Shown here: one piece after another, positions 1 to 9,886 of the stretch | How positions within the stretch are numbered: the stretch's first letter is position 1 | How the letters are laid out: every line of letters begins with the position of its first letter | Source of the DNA: Deltaproteobacteria bacterium | GTDB lineage: Bacteria; Myxococcota_A; Polyangia; Fen-1088 | Reading direction: 5' to 3' | Length of the DNA stretch: 64,000 nt | Assembly: GCA_033763315.1 (NCBI GenBank) | Contig: JANRKS010000019.1 | Coordinates: forward strand, 257,018 to 321,017 | Translations under genes and position numbers: made by a program | Notes under the pieces: model-generated | What the model was told of the DNA's origin: nothing | What the model saw: only the letters and a program-made list of their open reading frames with translations | Databases searched by the model: none

Positions 1-729
1 GTCGAGCAGTACATTGACATCGTGGCCATGGAGGCTGACGCCTCTGTTCCCGGGCGAGTGGCGGCGCTTGAACAAGCGGCCGACGTTCTGGCGCAGGTTC
101 GTAACCCCACGGCGCGTGAGCTCTACGCAGGCCGCCTGGGCGCAGCTTTGGGCGTCGATGGTGGCCAGGTCGCGCGCGCCCTGAGGGCGGCCGTAAATCA
201 ACAGCGCCGCCGCCAAGACATGCGCGACGACAACGTGGGCACGCCGATGGTGGCACCAAAGCCCGATGTCACGGTCGCGCCAAGGCATGTCCCAGCGCTT
301 GAGCTTGAAGTTCTCGCGTTGCTCATCAACCGCCCCGATCTCGCCGCCACGCCCACCGCGCGACGTGCTCCTGCTTTGTTCGTGGACGCCGACTTACGGC
401 AGTACGTAACGTCACTGCTTGAATCCGTGACGCCCGACGCGCAGCTGCGGGTCGATGTTCCCGCGTGGCTTGATGCCGGGCCGGAAGGCGTGCGGCCGCA
501 GGTGGCTCGCGCGGTCACGGACGGGGCGCGTTATCGCACCTTGGAGCGGGCCGATCATGCGCTTTCTGAAATGATCGGCAAGCTTGAGCTCGTGCACGTT
601 GAGTCTGAAGTCGCTATGGTTGCAAGCCAGCTTAAAGAAGCCCTTGCGCAAGGTGACGAGGCCAAGGTGCACGCTTTGACGCTTCGCCAATTCGAGTTAG
701 TTCGACAAAAAAAACAACCGCTGCATTAA
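1..729 (+). CDS. dnaG: DNA primase DnaG, C-terminal (DnaB-binding) fragment; the gene starts upstream of the window
   Basis: Open frame from nt 1 with no stop before 729. Sits immediately upstream of rpoD, the conserved dnaG-rpoD arrangement. The helical Ala/Leu-rich C-terminal domain is typical of primase. Confidence 0.6.
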   Translation, partial: VEQYIDIVAMEADASVPGRVAALEQAADVLAQVRNPTARELYAGRLGAALGVDGGQVARALRAAVNQQRRRQDMRDDNVGTPMVAPKPDVTVAPRHVPALELEVLALLINRPDLAATPTARRAPALFVDADLRQYVTSLLESVTPDAQLRVDVPAWLDAGPEGVRPQVARAVTDGARYRTLERADHALSEMIGKLELVHVESEVAMVASQLKEALAQGDEAKVHALTLRQFELVRQKKQPLH

Positions 730-748
730 GCCACCCCACGCCACTGAG

Positions 749-2632
749 ATGACCATGATCGACATGCTCGACGATGACGCCGACGATTTGAATGACGAAC
801 CTGGCGAACCTGAAGTGGTTGCCGCCGCGCCCAAACCGGGACGCAAGAAGCGCGCTGGCACAGGCGGCGACGATGGCGATGTGGAGCGCAAGAAGCGCGA
901 ACTCATCACCATGGGCAAGGCGAAGGGTTACCTCACATACGAGGAAGTCAACGACCACATGCCTGAAAGCATCGTGTCGTCCGACCAAATCGATGATTGG
1001 CTTTCTGCCCTGGGCGGTGAAGGCATCGAGATCGTCGAGAACAGTGCCAGTTCCACCAAGGGTGGCGATCGCGGGCTTCCCGAGGAAGAGCCTGAAGCCG
1101 AAGCAGAAGCGCGCGAAGAAGCTGAAGAGGACGAAGAGTTCTCGAAGAGCAACGACCCCGTGCGCATGTACCTGCGCAAGATGGGCTCAGTGTCGCTTTT
1201 GACCCGCGAAGGCGAAGTTGAGATCGCCAAGCGCATCGAAGACGGCGAACGGCGCGTGCTGCAGGTTGTGTTGAGTTCGCCGGTGGCGATCAACGAGATC
1301 ATCGACTTGGCCGAGAAGCTGCGCAAGCAGAAGATCCGGGTCAAAGAGGTCGTCAAAGACGCGGACGAAGAGGCCGAAGACTACGACGAGCAGTTCCACA
1401 TCGAACGCGTCTGCAAGGTCATCGACAAGGTTAAGAAGCACCAGCGCGAGATCGAGAAGCTGTTTGAAAAGGATGGCGACGGCAAGCTGCCATCCGAAGC
1501 CACGAAGAAGAAGCTCAAAAGCCAGGTCGACAAGCACAAGAACGAGATGTTCGAAGCGCTGCACGACCTGCGCATGAACAAAAAGCAGATCGACCGCATC
1601 GTCAATGTGCTCAAGAGCTTCGTGAGCCGCATCGAAACGGCGAACCGCGAAGTGGCCGAATGCGAGCGTCGTTCGGGCATGCCGATCAAGGAGCTGCGCA
1701 AAACGCTCAAAGAGCAGCGCTCGTCAGACGTGCGCAAGAAGGCGGTGGCCAAGAAGCTGGGCCTGCGTGCCGAAGAGCTGGAAGAGATGTCGCGCGTGAT
1801 CTTGAACGCGCAGAAGAAGGTCAAGACCGTTGAAGAAGAAACGGGCCTTGAAGAAAACGTTCTTCGTCACACCGTGCGCGAAATCGAAGACGGTGAACGC
1901 AACGCCGAGTTGGCGAAAGCCGAATTGGTTGAAGCGAATCTTCGTTTGGTGGTTTCAATCGCCAAGAAGTACACGAACCGCGGCTTGCAGTTCTTGGATC
2001 TGATTCAAGAGGGCAACATCGGCTTGATGAAGGCCGTTGATAAGTTCGAGTATAAGCGCGGCTATAAATTCTCCACCTACGCCACGTGGTGGATTCGCCA
2101 GGCGATCACACGCGCGATCGCCGATCAGGCCCGCACGATCCGCATCCCCGTACATATGATCGAAACGATCAACAAGCTGATTCGCACCAGCCGCTACTTG
2201 GTGCAAGAGCTTGGCCGCGAGCCCACGCCGGAAGAGATCGCGGACAAGATGGAATTGCCGATCGATAAGGTCCGCAAGGTGCTCAAGATCGCGAAAGAAC
2301 CGATCTCGTTGGAAACGCCGATCGGCGAAGAAGAAGATTCACACTTGGGCGATTTCATCGAAGACAAGAGCGTGATCTCGCCGTCAGACGCCGTGATCTC
2401 GATGAACCTGGCGGAACAAACGCGTCGCGTTTTGGCCACGCTCACGCCGCGCGAAGAGAAGGTGTTGCGCATGCGCTTTGGCATTGGCGAAAAGAGCGAC
2501 CACACTTTGGAAGAGGTGGGCCAAGACTTTGAGGTTACGCGTGAGCGTATCCGCCAAATTGAAGCCAAGGCTTTGCGCAAGTTGCGGCATCCGTCGCGCA
2601 GCAAGCGTCTCAAGAGCTTCATGGAAGGCTAG
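749..2632 (+). CDS. rpoD: RNA polymerase primary sigma factor sigma-70 (RpoD)
   Basis: Acidic region 1.1 and a non-conserved spacer. Region 2 reads '[43 protein letters not shown]'; regions 3 and 4 read '...[30 protein letters not shown]'. Confidence 0.96.
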   Translation: MTMIDMLDDDADDLNDEPGEPEVVAAAPKPGRKKRAGTGGDDGDVERKKRELITMGKAKGYLTYEEVNDHMPESIVSSDQIDDWLSALGGEGIEIVENSASSTKGGDRGLPEEEPEAEAEAREEAEEDEEFSKSNDPVRMYLRKMGSVSLLTREGEVEIAKRIEDGERRVLQVVLSSPVAINEIIDLAEKLRKQKIRVKEVVKDADEEAEDYDEQFHIERVCKVIDKVKKHQREIEKLFEKDGDGKLPSEATKKKLKSQVDKHKNEMFEALHDLRMNKKQIDRIVNVLKSFVSRIETANREVAECERRSGMPIKELRKTLKEQRSSDVRKKAVAKKLGLRAEELEEMSRVILNAQKKVKTVEEETGLEENVLRHTVREIEDGERNAELAKAELVEANLRLVVSIAKKYTNRGLQFLDLIQEGNIGLMKAVDKFEYKRGYKFSTYATWWIRQAITRAIADQARTIRIPVHMIETINKLIRTSRYLVQELGREPTPEEIADKMELPIDKVRKVLKIAKEPISLETPIGEEEDSHLGDFIEDKSVISPSDAVISMNLAEQTRRVLATLTPREEKVLRMRFGIGEKSDHTLEEVGQDFEVTRERIRQIEAKALRKLRHPSRSKRLKSFMEG

Positions 2633-2643
2633 CGGAGCCTCTG

Positions 2644-3179
2644 TGGACCGCCGTTATGCGGTGACCGTGGCGGGGCAACAGCTCCTGGTGAGCGTGCGCT
2701 CCGCCGGGAGCGACGCATACGATGTCACGGTGGCAGATGCGCCTGCCGTTCGGGTGCAACGCCGCGACCTTGGCCAGACCAGCAGCACCCGCTGGTCATG
2801 GCAAGGGGAGGGCGGCCTTGTGCGCGCCACGGTCGATAAGTTGGGCGCCGATCTTTCCGTGGCACTCAAAGGCCTCGACGTTGTGGCCAAGGTGGAGGAC
2901 GGTCGCAAAGCGCTGCTGCAGTCTTTGGGCTTGGCGCAGCCGCGAGGTCCCTCGGGGCCGCTGTCGCTGCGCACGCAGATTCCCGGGCGCGTCGTGAAGG
3001 TGCTCGTGGCGTTGGGTGCCACCGTGCAAGAGGGGCAGCCCCTGGTCGTGGTGGAGGCGATGAAGATGGAAAACGAAACGCGCGCGCCCCGGTCGGGTGT
3101 TGTGGCCGAATTGCCCTTGGCCGAAGGCACCACCGTTGAAGCGGGCGCCTGCTTGATCGTGCTTGCGCCTATGCCGTGA
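2644..3179 (+). CDS. Biotin/lipoyl-attachment (BCCP-like) domain protein with an uncharacterised ~100-aa N-terminal region
   Basis: C-terminal 'PLVVVEAMKMENETRAPRSGVV' is the EAMKM biotinylation motif. The ORF-track frame starts inside rpoD, so the start was placed at the GTG after the rpoD stop (start uncertain). Confidence 0.6.
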
Positions 3180-3873
3180 CGGATTCGGGACGCGTGAGCG
3201 CCGAAATCACAGCGCCACGCAGATCGGAAAAAGTCGGCGGGTTGTCGAGGGCCGCGACGGCACCCAATTCATCGCCACGGCGGCGGCTGGCGTGGCTGTG
3301 GCCAAGCGCAATCAAGGGAACGGGCTGCTCGCCTTCAAGCACGCGGCTCACAACCTCTTCGCTGTCCAACCAATCCAGGTTCACCACGGCGAGATCGAAG
3401 GTCTTGTTTTCCTGCGGGTAGAAGGCGTCGTCCACGTCAACCACGTGGCACGAAACGATTGCCGCCAGGTGGCGCTTGACCACCGCACGCGTGCGGTCTT
3501 GACCAGGGCCCAGCGCCAACAGCACCGTGATGCCCGCAAACTTGGACGCCATTTCATCCACAAGCAAGCCGTAGCTTTCTTCGGGCGTATCCACTTCGAT
3601 GCCCATGCCCGGGGGCTCGCTTCCGGCGGCCTCGTGGCGCACCCAAGCGACGACGCCTGACAGCTCGATGGTTTGCTGCTCGGGCGTTAACAGTTTCAAG
3701 TTGATGCGATCGCCTGGAGGCAGTGGCGTCGAAGTTTCAATGAACAACCCGCCCTTAGACAGGTTCACTGAATATGAAACTAAAAACGCTCCGGCAGACC
3801 GATAACGAATCTCCAGAGCAACCCGGATGCGTTCGTTCTTACGTGCGTGTTGTTTTTCGGTTGGTTGGGTCAT
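3169..3873 (-). CDS. PilZ-domain protein (c-di-GMP binding motifs present) with a C-terminal receiver-like domain
   Basis: N-terminus has 'RKNERIR' (RxxxR) and 'NLSKGG' ((D/N)xSxxG) PilZ motifs. The C-terminal ~120 aa have a CheY-like alpha/beta pattern. Its start ATG overlaps the parB stop (ATGA). Confidence 0.7.
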   Translation of the reverse strand: MTQPTEKQHARKNERIRVALEIRYRSAGAFLVSYSVNLSKGGLFIETSTPLPPGDRINLKLLTPEQQTIELSGVVAWVRHEAAGSEPPGMGIEVDTPEESYGLLVDEMASKFAGITVLLALGPGQDRTRAVVKRHLAAIVSCHVVDVDDAFYPQENKTFDLAVVNLDWLDSEEVVSRVLEGEQPVPLIALGHSHASRRRGDELGAVAALDNPPTFSDLRGAVISALTRPESVTA

Positions 3874-4796
3874 CAGGAGGGCAAGATGCGCCCGAGTATT
3901 CGATCCAACTCATCGAGAGAATGGAAGAAAATCTCAAGGTGTCCCGTGCCGGGACTTGTCTCAATGATCTTAACCCGCGTGGCCAAAGACCTTTGCAGAC
4001 GTTCTGTGAGATCGCGGGCCGCCGCCGATTGGCGCGCGGGCGCCGCGGGCGGGGCAGGAACAGCATGGCTGTCGGTGGGGGTGCGCGCCTTCTTCACCAA
4101 CGCCTCAACAGCGCGCACCGAAAGGTTTCGAGCCACCGTTTGTCGCGCCAGTTGTTCGATGGCCATGGCGTTCTCCAGCCCCAACAAGGCGCGTGCATGG
4201 CCCATCGATAGCTTCTCGTCGACCACCATCGTTTGGACCTTTTCAGGTAGCTTCAGCAACCGCAGTGCGTTTGCCACTGTGCTGCGATCTTTGCCCACGC
4301 GGGCCCCCAACGCGTCCTGGGTGTAACCGAAGTCGCTGATCAAGCGGCTAAGGCCTCGCGCCTCCTCAATGGGGTTCAGATCCTGTCGCTGCAGGTTCTC
4401 AACCAGGGCGGCTTCGGCCGCTTCGCGGTCGGTAAGCTCACGAACCACCACCGGCACTTCGTGCAAGCCCGCGCGCTGAGCCGCCCGCCATCGCCGCTCG
4501 CCAGCCACGATCTCAAAGCCGCCGGTGGCGCTTGGCCGCGCCAAGATCGGCTGGATCACGCCTTGGGCGCGAATCGACTCAGCAAGTTCGTCAAGGCGTT
4601 CGTCATTGAAGGTTTTGCGAGGTTGGGTGCTGCCGGGCCGCAGCTCTTCGATCGGAATCACACGCAGTCCTTCACCCGATGGCACGGCAGGCGGCTCAGG
4701 CGCCGCGGCTGGTTGGCTTTCAGGGTGAGGGTGGGGTGCCCCCGGGATCAAGGCAGCCAAACCCCGGCCGAGCGCCTTACGCTTGCCTGCGTTCAC
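3873..4796 (-). CDS. parB: Chromosome partitioning protein ParB (Spo0J)
   Basis: 'KRKALGRGLAALI', 'VVVRELTDREAAEAALVENLQRQDLNPIEEA', and an HTH 'GYTQDALGARVGKDRSTVANALRLL'. GTG start overlaps the parA stop. Confidence 0.92.
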   Translation of the reverse strand: MNAGKRKALGRGLAALIPGAPHPHPESQPAAAPEPPAVPSGEGLRVIPIEELRPGSTQPRKTFNDERLDELAESIRAQGVIQPILARPSATGGFEIVAGERRWRAAQRAGLHEVPVVVRELTDREAAEAALVENLQRQDLNPIEEARGLSRLISDFGYTQDALGARVGKDRSTVANALRLLKLPEKVQTMVVDEKLSMGHARALLGLENAMAIEQLARQTVARNLSVRAVEALVKKARTPTDSHAVPAPPAAPARQSAAARDLTERLQRSLATRVKIIETSPGTGHLEIFFHSLDELDRILGRILPS

Positions 4797-5635
4797 GGCT
4801 TGGCCTCATCCTTGGGAGCGGCCGCCATTTTGGTGGTGTGGTCGTCATACCGGCGCAAAAATTCCTTGGCGGCTTCCAGGTAGCTTTTGGCACCCTTCGA
4901 GGCCACGTCATAAAGCAAGATGGGCTTGCCGAACGAGGGAGCCTCCGAAAGCCGTACGTTGCGTGGAATGCTGGCTTCATAGACCACAGGCCCGAAGTGG
5001 CGTTTCACTTCTTCGGTCACCTGTTCGGTCAGGTTCTGCCGTGTGTCCACCATGCACAACAGGATGCCTTCTATTGCGAGACCTGGGTTCATTGATCGCC
5101 CCACGAGATCGATCGTGTTCTTGAGGTCCGAGAGGCCTTCCAAGGCGTAATATTCGCACTGCAACGGCACCAGCACCGCGTCGGCCGCGCACAGAGCGTT
5201 CAAGGTCAGCAAGCCCAAGGACGGGGGCGTGTCGATCAACACGAAGTCATACTTCGCCGCCAACTGACGCAAGGGTTTGCGCAGCCGGTTCTCGCGGCCC
5301 TCAACGGACACGAGCTCGATCTCGGCACCCGACAGGTTTTGGTTGGCTGGCAGCAGATCTAAAAAGGCCAGCTCCGTCTTGAGCACCACGTCCGCGATGG
5401 CGGCGTCGCCCAAGAGCACATCATAGACGCTGTTCTGCACCGCTTGTTTTGGGTGTCCGAGGCCCGACGTTGCATTGCCTTGTGGATCCATATCCACGAG
5501 CAGCACGCGCTTCTCGGCCGCCGCTAAAGACGCAGCCAGATTAACAGCGGTAGTCGTCTTTCCGACGCCTCCCTTTTGATTCGCAACCGCGATGACCCGT
5601 CCCATGCTGGGGCGAACGGTCCTAACACTTTCCAC
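4793..5635 (-). CDS. parA: Chromosome partitioning ATPase ParA (Soj); the start may instead be the internal ATG at 5605
   Basis: Deviant Walker A 'IAVANQKGGVGKTTTAVNLAASLA'. 'LLVDMDPQGNATSGLG'. Stop is coupled to the parB start. Confidence 0.92.
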   Translation of the reverse strand: MESVRTVRPSMGRVIAVANQKGGVGKTTTAVNLAASLAAAEKRVLLVDMDPQGNATSGLGHPKQAVQNSVYDVLLGDAAIADVVLKTELAFLDLLPANQNLSGAEIELVSVEGRENRLRKPLRQLAAKYDFVLIDTPPSLGLLTLNALCAADAVLVPLQCEYYALEGLSDLKNTIDLVGRSMNPGLAIEGILLCMVDTRQNLTEQVTEEVKRHFGPVVYEASIPRNVRLSEAPSFGKPILLYDVASKGAKSYLEAAKEFLRRYDDHTTKMAAAPKDEAKP

Positions 5636-5731
5636 ACCGGTTCATCAACAAATCCCACGGATATTGCGCAGGTGGCAGAAACTTTTTGACGAAATCCTAC
5701 AAAAGGATACTTTATCCTACATGTAGTCGAC

Positions 5732-5959
5732 ATGGTGATTCACGCGATGGCGACCGGTGTCCTGATGGGAGAAACAACAATGCGCGCGTACGAACTGGGC
5801 CTGTTCAATAGTTTCGAGGACGTGGAGCGCTGCGAGCTTCGGCAGCTTGATGGGGCCTTCGTGGACGAGATGAATGGCCGTTCCAACGACGTCTTCTTCG
5901 AAGACGGACCGTTCGACGCTCTCGCCGCCGCGCCCTGGGACGACGATTCGCTGTTCTAG
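5732..5959 (+). CDS. Small acidic hypothetical protein (possibly 58 aa starting at the ATG at 5783, which has a GGGAGA RBS)
   Basis: ORF in the parA-divergent intergenic region, with a GGGAGA 7 nt before the ATG at 5783. No recognisable domain. Confidence 0.3.
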   Translation: MVIHAMATGVLMGETTMRAYELGLFNSFEDVERCELRQLDGAFVDEMNGRSNDVFFEDGPFDALAAAPWDDDSLF

Positions 5960-7005
5960 AAGCTCTGCGTGGGCACGTTGGGGCGCGCGCGCCGCAACAC
6001 CTGCTGTCCCACCCCGAAGCTCAATACGATTTCCGCATCCCTCACTTCGCCTTCGTAGCTGTCCAGCTGACGACGTCCGTCGTCGCACGGGCCCCCCTCA
6101 AGGATCTCGAAGCCATGCTCGGCGAACGCGAAGTGGCCCGTTCCTACGGTGCCGCGCACCTCGTAGCGAGTCACGGTGCGGAAATCCAAAGAGCCGTTGC
6201 ATCGGTAAAGACGCCCGTCCGTTGAGCGCTGCTCGACGGTCCGATCGTAAAAGCCCAAAACTTCGTTGCCCTCCTGCACGAGGTGCCATTCTTCTCGTTC
6301 ACGTTTGACGTCACCGTTGGGTAAATGCGCCTGCTGCTCCCAAACCCAGTGGCCTTGCACCTTCGGCGGCTTGCCATCGTTGTGGCCAAGGTTTGGGGGA
6401 GGACCGATGAGAGCGAGTGTGTTGCTCCGTGCGCCCAGCGCAAGCTCCGCCGTCGTGGGTGACGTGCGGGGTTTGGCGTTGTGACGCCTCACCATACGCT
6501 GCTCATGGTTGCCGTCGCTGACGAGCAAGGCGTCGCCAACCAACCGTGCGCGGTAACGCGCAGGATCGCGCGCCGGAGGTTGGCACGGCCCTTCGGCGTG
6601 AGGGGCGCGGCGCTCGGAAATGATCATGAGATCGCCTTGCCTGTGGCCGCTCACCTCGCTTGTGAGCCACGCGGTCAACTGCGAGCGCCCACTGCAAACA
6701 AAGGGTCGACCGTCGCGCGAGATCCGCGTGAGCTCCACGAACAGCACCCCTCGCACGCGCGCGCCCACTTGTTGCAGCCGCCACGTGTGGCGTTCAATCT
6801 CGCGATCCGGTGGGCCGTGGTCGTTGCTCATGTCGCGATCGAAAGCGCCTTCCCACGTTCCCGTGACGTCGCCTTCCGCGGCCGCCTCTGGGCGCTCCGA
6901 TGAGCGGGAATTTGCGCAGCCGCTGACCGCGCACAGGCAGATCACCCCCAGCCAGCTCGTTGTGCGGCTTAAGCGCAAATGGGTAATTTTACGCGTGTCC
7001 AACAT
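5956..7005 (-). CDS. Hypothetical lipoprotein
   Basis: Signal peptide with lipobox 'WLGVICLCAVSGC'. No recognisable domain. Start trimmed to the internal Met at the signal peptide. Confidence 0.5.
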   Translation of the reverse strand: MLDTRKITHLRLSRTTSWLGVICLCAVSGCANSRSSERPEAAAEGDVTGTWEGAFDRDMSNDHGPPDREIERHTWRLQQVGARVRGVLFVELTRISRDGRPFVCSGRSQLTAWLTSEVSGHRQGDLMIISERRAPHAEGPCQPPARDPARYRARLVGDALLVSDGNHEQRMVRRHNAKPRTSPTTAELALGARSNTLALIGPPPNLGHNDGKPPKVQGHWVWEQQAHLPNGDVKREREEWHLVQEGNEVLGFYDRTVEQRSTDGRLYRCNGSLDFRTVTRYEVRGTVGTGHFAFAEHGFEILEGGPCDDGRRQLDSYEGEVRDAEIVLSFGVGQQVLRRARPNVPTQSF

Positions 7006-7116
7006 TACATAACATCGGGAGCGTTCGCTGGAACATGGAGACAAGAAAAGCAGGCGCCACCATTTTGGTAGGACCTGCATCGCTAGGGTGGGTGCCGCAC
7101 GCGGCCGCGCCGCGGG

Positions 7117-7764
7117 TTAGGGGGGGGCGTTCGTTTGGCCCGCTGCTGCTTGGCGTGCCTTGTATTCCGCCTCTTCTTGGGGCCGGAACTTCTGCACCAG
7201 GCGATCCAACTCTGCCTTCACTTCGGGATCCTGCTCATACATGTAGACCGCATGCACCTTCGGCATCAGCACACGGTTCTCGGGGTCCATGGCCTCAACG
7301 GCACGAATTGCCTCAAGGCGCACCCGCTTGTCGGGGTCGGGGAACAGCACAGCGACGGCGTACCGGCCGCTTGGCGGGTTGTGCTTTTGAAGCCGGCGGA
7401 TCATCGCGAGTTTTCGTTCGGGATTGGTCTCGTCCATCAAGGCCCCGCCGAGGTGGTCAATCGGAATCGAATCGATGGAAGGTTGGGCTGGCGCAGGTGC
7501 CGTCACCGCTGGCTTCTCCACGGCCACCGGCGCTGTTGGTGGAGGAACCGGCGGTTCTTCAACAGCAGGTGGGGGTTCGGGCGGCCGTTCGACCACCAAG
7601 GGCGGCGGCTCTGAGACGACGCGGGGCTTTGGCGACAGCTGCTTGAAGATTAAGAACGCGCCGCCAGCGGCCGTCAGCGCCAAAAGCGCAATGGCGGCCT
7701 TGACCAAAGGAGAGGCTTGGGTGTCCGTGCGTGCCATTGGATGTGAAACCCTCCCGGTCACCAT
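7117..7764 (-). CDS. Membrane-anchored Pro-rich protein with C-terminal HEAT-like repeats
   Basis: N-terminal TM 'AAIALLALTAAGGAFLIF', then a PPxP-rich spacer, then a helical-repeat C-terminus 'VRLEAIRAVEAMDPENRV'. Confidence 0.5.
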   Translation of the reverse strand: MVTGRVSHPMARTDTQASPLVKAAIALLALTAAGGAFLIFKQLSPKPRVVSEPPPLVVERPPEPPPAVEEPPVPPPTAPVAVEKPAVTAPAPAQPSIDSIPIDHLGGALMDETNPERKLAMIRRLQKHNPPSGRYAVAVLFPDPDKRVRLEAIRAVEAMDPENRVLMPKVHAVYMYEQDPEVKAELDRLVQKFRPQEEAEYKARQAAAGQTNAPP

Positions 7765-7827
7765 CGACGGGTTGAGGCTGCTTCCTTAGGACCTCGCACG
7801 GGCCTGCGAACCTCGTAGACTGGCCGC

Positions 7828-8577
7828 GTGCCCCTCACACCCGAGACGTGGACCCCCGATAGCCGACCCACCCTGTTCGTGATTGGCGCCCGTAGTTTGG
7901 GCCGCGCGATCGCTTTACACTTTGGTGCGCAGGGGTGGCGTGTGGTCACCGGCGCCCGCACGGAGGCCGATGTGCAATCCGTGGCGGCCGCTGTGACGGC
8001 TGCGGGCGGGCAGGGCCACGGTGTGGTGTGCGACTTGGGTAAGCCCGAAACGCTGCGGGCGGTGGTGGCGGCAGAACCCAGAATTGACCTCTGTGTCGCG
8101 GCGCAGACGGCAGGTGGGCGCTTTGGCTCCGTCCCGTTGGTTGAGATGGCCGACGAGGATCTGCAGCGTGGTTTCGAGGGCTATGTTAAGGGCACCTGGA
8201 ACCTCTTGCGGGCCGTAGGGCCGCAGATGTTGGCCGCCGGCTCGGGCACGTTTCTTCAGATCGGGACCTCTTCAGGGGTGCGAACGAAGGCCGGTTACGG
8301 GGCGCTGGCGGCGGTTCAACACGGATTGCGCGCGCTTGTCCAGGTGGCCGCCAAGGAATGGCGCGACAAGGGCGTACACGTTGCCTATCTGCCCATCGAT
8401 GGGCAAATCGAGAATGAACGCAGCGGCGCCTGGATTGAAAAGAACGGCCTTCACCGCGCGATCCCGCAATCGGCCATCGTGCAGGCCTGCGCCTATTTGC
8501 ACAGCCAACCGCCGCGGGGCTGGACCCATGAGCTGGTGTTGCGTCCCCCGGGCACCGAGTGGACGGCGCCCACCTAA
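7828..8577 (+). CDS. NAD(P)-binding Rossmann-fold oxidoreductase, SDR-like (atypical)
   Basis: 'LFVIGARSLGRAIALHF' Gly-rich dinucleotide motif and SDR-like length. The catalytic YxxxK is not canonical. Confidence 0.5.
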   Translation: MPLTPETWTPDSRPTLFVIGARSLGRAIALHFGAQGWRVVTGARTEADVQSVAAAVTAAGGQGHGVVCDLGKPETLRAVVAAEPRIDLCVAAQTAGGRFGSVPLVEMADEDLQRGFEGYVKGTWNLLRAVGPQMLAAGSGTFLQIGTSSGVRTKAGYGALAAVQHGLRALVQVAAKEWRDKGVHVAYLPIDGQIENERSGAWIEKNGLHRAIPQSAIVQACAYLHSQPPRGWTHELVLRPPGTEWTAPT

Positions 8578-8682
8578 GGCGCCCCCTAAGTTCGCGAAAA
8601 AAGTCATCCCCCGCCCACTCCCACATCGGGTCGGCTTGGTTTATGTTACCGCCTCCCTTCCTAAGGAAAGAGACACACCCTG

Positions 8683-9762
8683 ATGAGCACGCGCCTGTTT
8701 AACTTCTCCGCCGGTCCCGGTACGCTTCCGTTGGAGGTGCTTGAGGCATCCGCGCAAGCCTTGGTGGATTTTCAAGGCAAAGGCGTCGGCATCGCGGAGG
8801 TCAGCCACCGCGGAAAAGAATTCGACGGGGTTTTGGATGAGGCCATCGCCAAGTGCAAATCGCTGCTCAACGTGCCCGACACGCATGACATTTTGTTCAT
8901 GCAGGGCGGCGCCACACAGATGTTCAACGTGATTCCGATGAACATCTTGTCGGGTCCGGCAGAATACGTTTCAAGTGGTCAATGGTCGCAAAAAGCGGCA
9001 AAAACGGCCAAAGCGGCTTACGGCGACAAGATCAAGATCATCGGATCAAGCGAAGAGACCAACTTCGACCGTCCCGCCACGGGCTGGACAGCTTCACCTG
9101 AGGCTGCCTATTTGCACGTCTGCTCGAACGAAACCGTACACGGCCACCGCTTGGTGGTGTGGCCCGAGCACCCAACGTTGGTGGTTGACGCCAGCTCCGA
9201 GATGATGGCCCGGCCGCACCCAATCGATCGGACGGCCTTGGTGTACGCGGGCGCTCAGAAAAATTTGGGCCCGTCGGGCGTGGTGCTGGTGATCGTGCGC
9301 AAAGATCTTTACGCCCGCATCCCCAAGAGCACGCCTGAGATTTTTAACTTTAAGGTGTTCGCCGACAATAAGAGCTGCCTCAACACGCCGCCCACGTTTG
9401 GCATTTACGTGCTGATGGAAATGTTCCGCTGGATGGAACGTCAAGGTGGCCTGGCGGCCATTGAAAAACGCAACGCCGAGAAGGCAAAGACGATTTATGA
9501 GGCCATTGACGCTTCGGGTGGCTTTTACAAAGGCACGGTTTCCGACGTGGCGGCACGGAGCCACATGAACGTGACCTTCAAGCTGCCTTCCGAAGAACTG
9601 GACGACGCCTTCATTAAGGAATGCGCCAAGGACAATATGGTCGCCCTAAAGGGATACCGTTCCGTCGGTGGCATTCGAGCTTCCATTTATAACGCGATGC
9701 CTTTAGAAGGCTGTCAGGCGCTGGCCGCAAAGATGCGGCAGTTTGCTGCGAGCCGGGGCTAG
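8683..9762 (+). CDS. serC: Phosphoserine aminotransferase
   Basis: 'FNFSAGPGTLPLEVL' and class-V aminotransferase features. Adjacent to serA. Confidence 0.9.
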   Translation: MSTRLFNFSAGPGTLPLEVLEASAQALVDFQGKGVGIAEVSHRGKEFDGVLDEAIAKCKSLLNVPDTHDILFMQGGATQMFNVIPMNILSGPAEYVSSGQWSQKAAKTAKAAYGDKIKIIGSSEETNFDRPATGWTASPEAAYLHVCSNETVHGHRLVVWPEHPTLVVDASSEMMARPHPIDRTALVYAGAQKNLGPSGVVLVIVRKDLYARIPKSTPEIFNFKVFADNKSCLNTPPTFGIYVLMEMFRWMERQGGLAAIEKRNAEKAKTIYEAIDASGGFYKGTVSDVAARSHMNVTFKLPSEELDDAFIKECAKDNMVALKGYRSVGGIRASIYNAMPLEGCQALAAKMRQFAASRG

Positions 9763-9886
9763 CGCGCGAAGGCGCACTTTAGACTCGCCCACGTTTGGGG
9801 TTTGCCTTGTCGGCCAGGTGTACTAGAACACCGCCCCGAAAAGGCGAGTCATTTCCCGCCAGAACGAACAAAGGACCGAACGGTAA

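Noticed and set aside
3873-5700. Canonical parS (TGTTNCACGTGAAACA) near parAB
   Set aside because: No match found by eye in or around parAB; parS sites may lie outside the window or be divergent.
9781-9850. GACTCGCC...GGCGAGTC inverted repeat between serC and serA
   Set aside because: 8-bp arms with a ~55-nt loop are too weak to call a terminator or attenuator.
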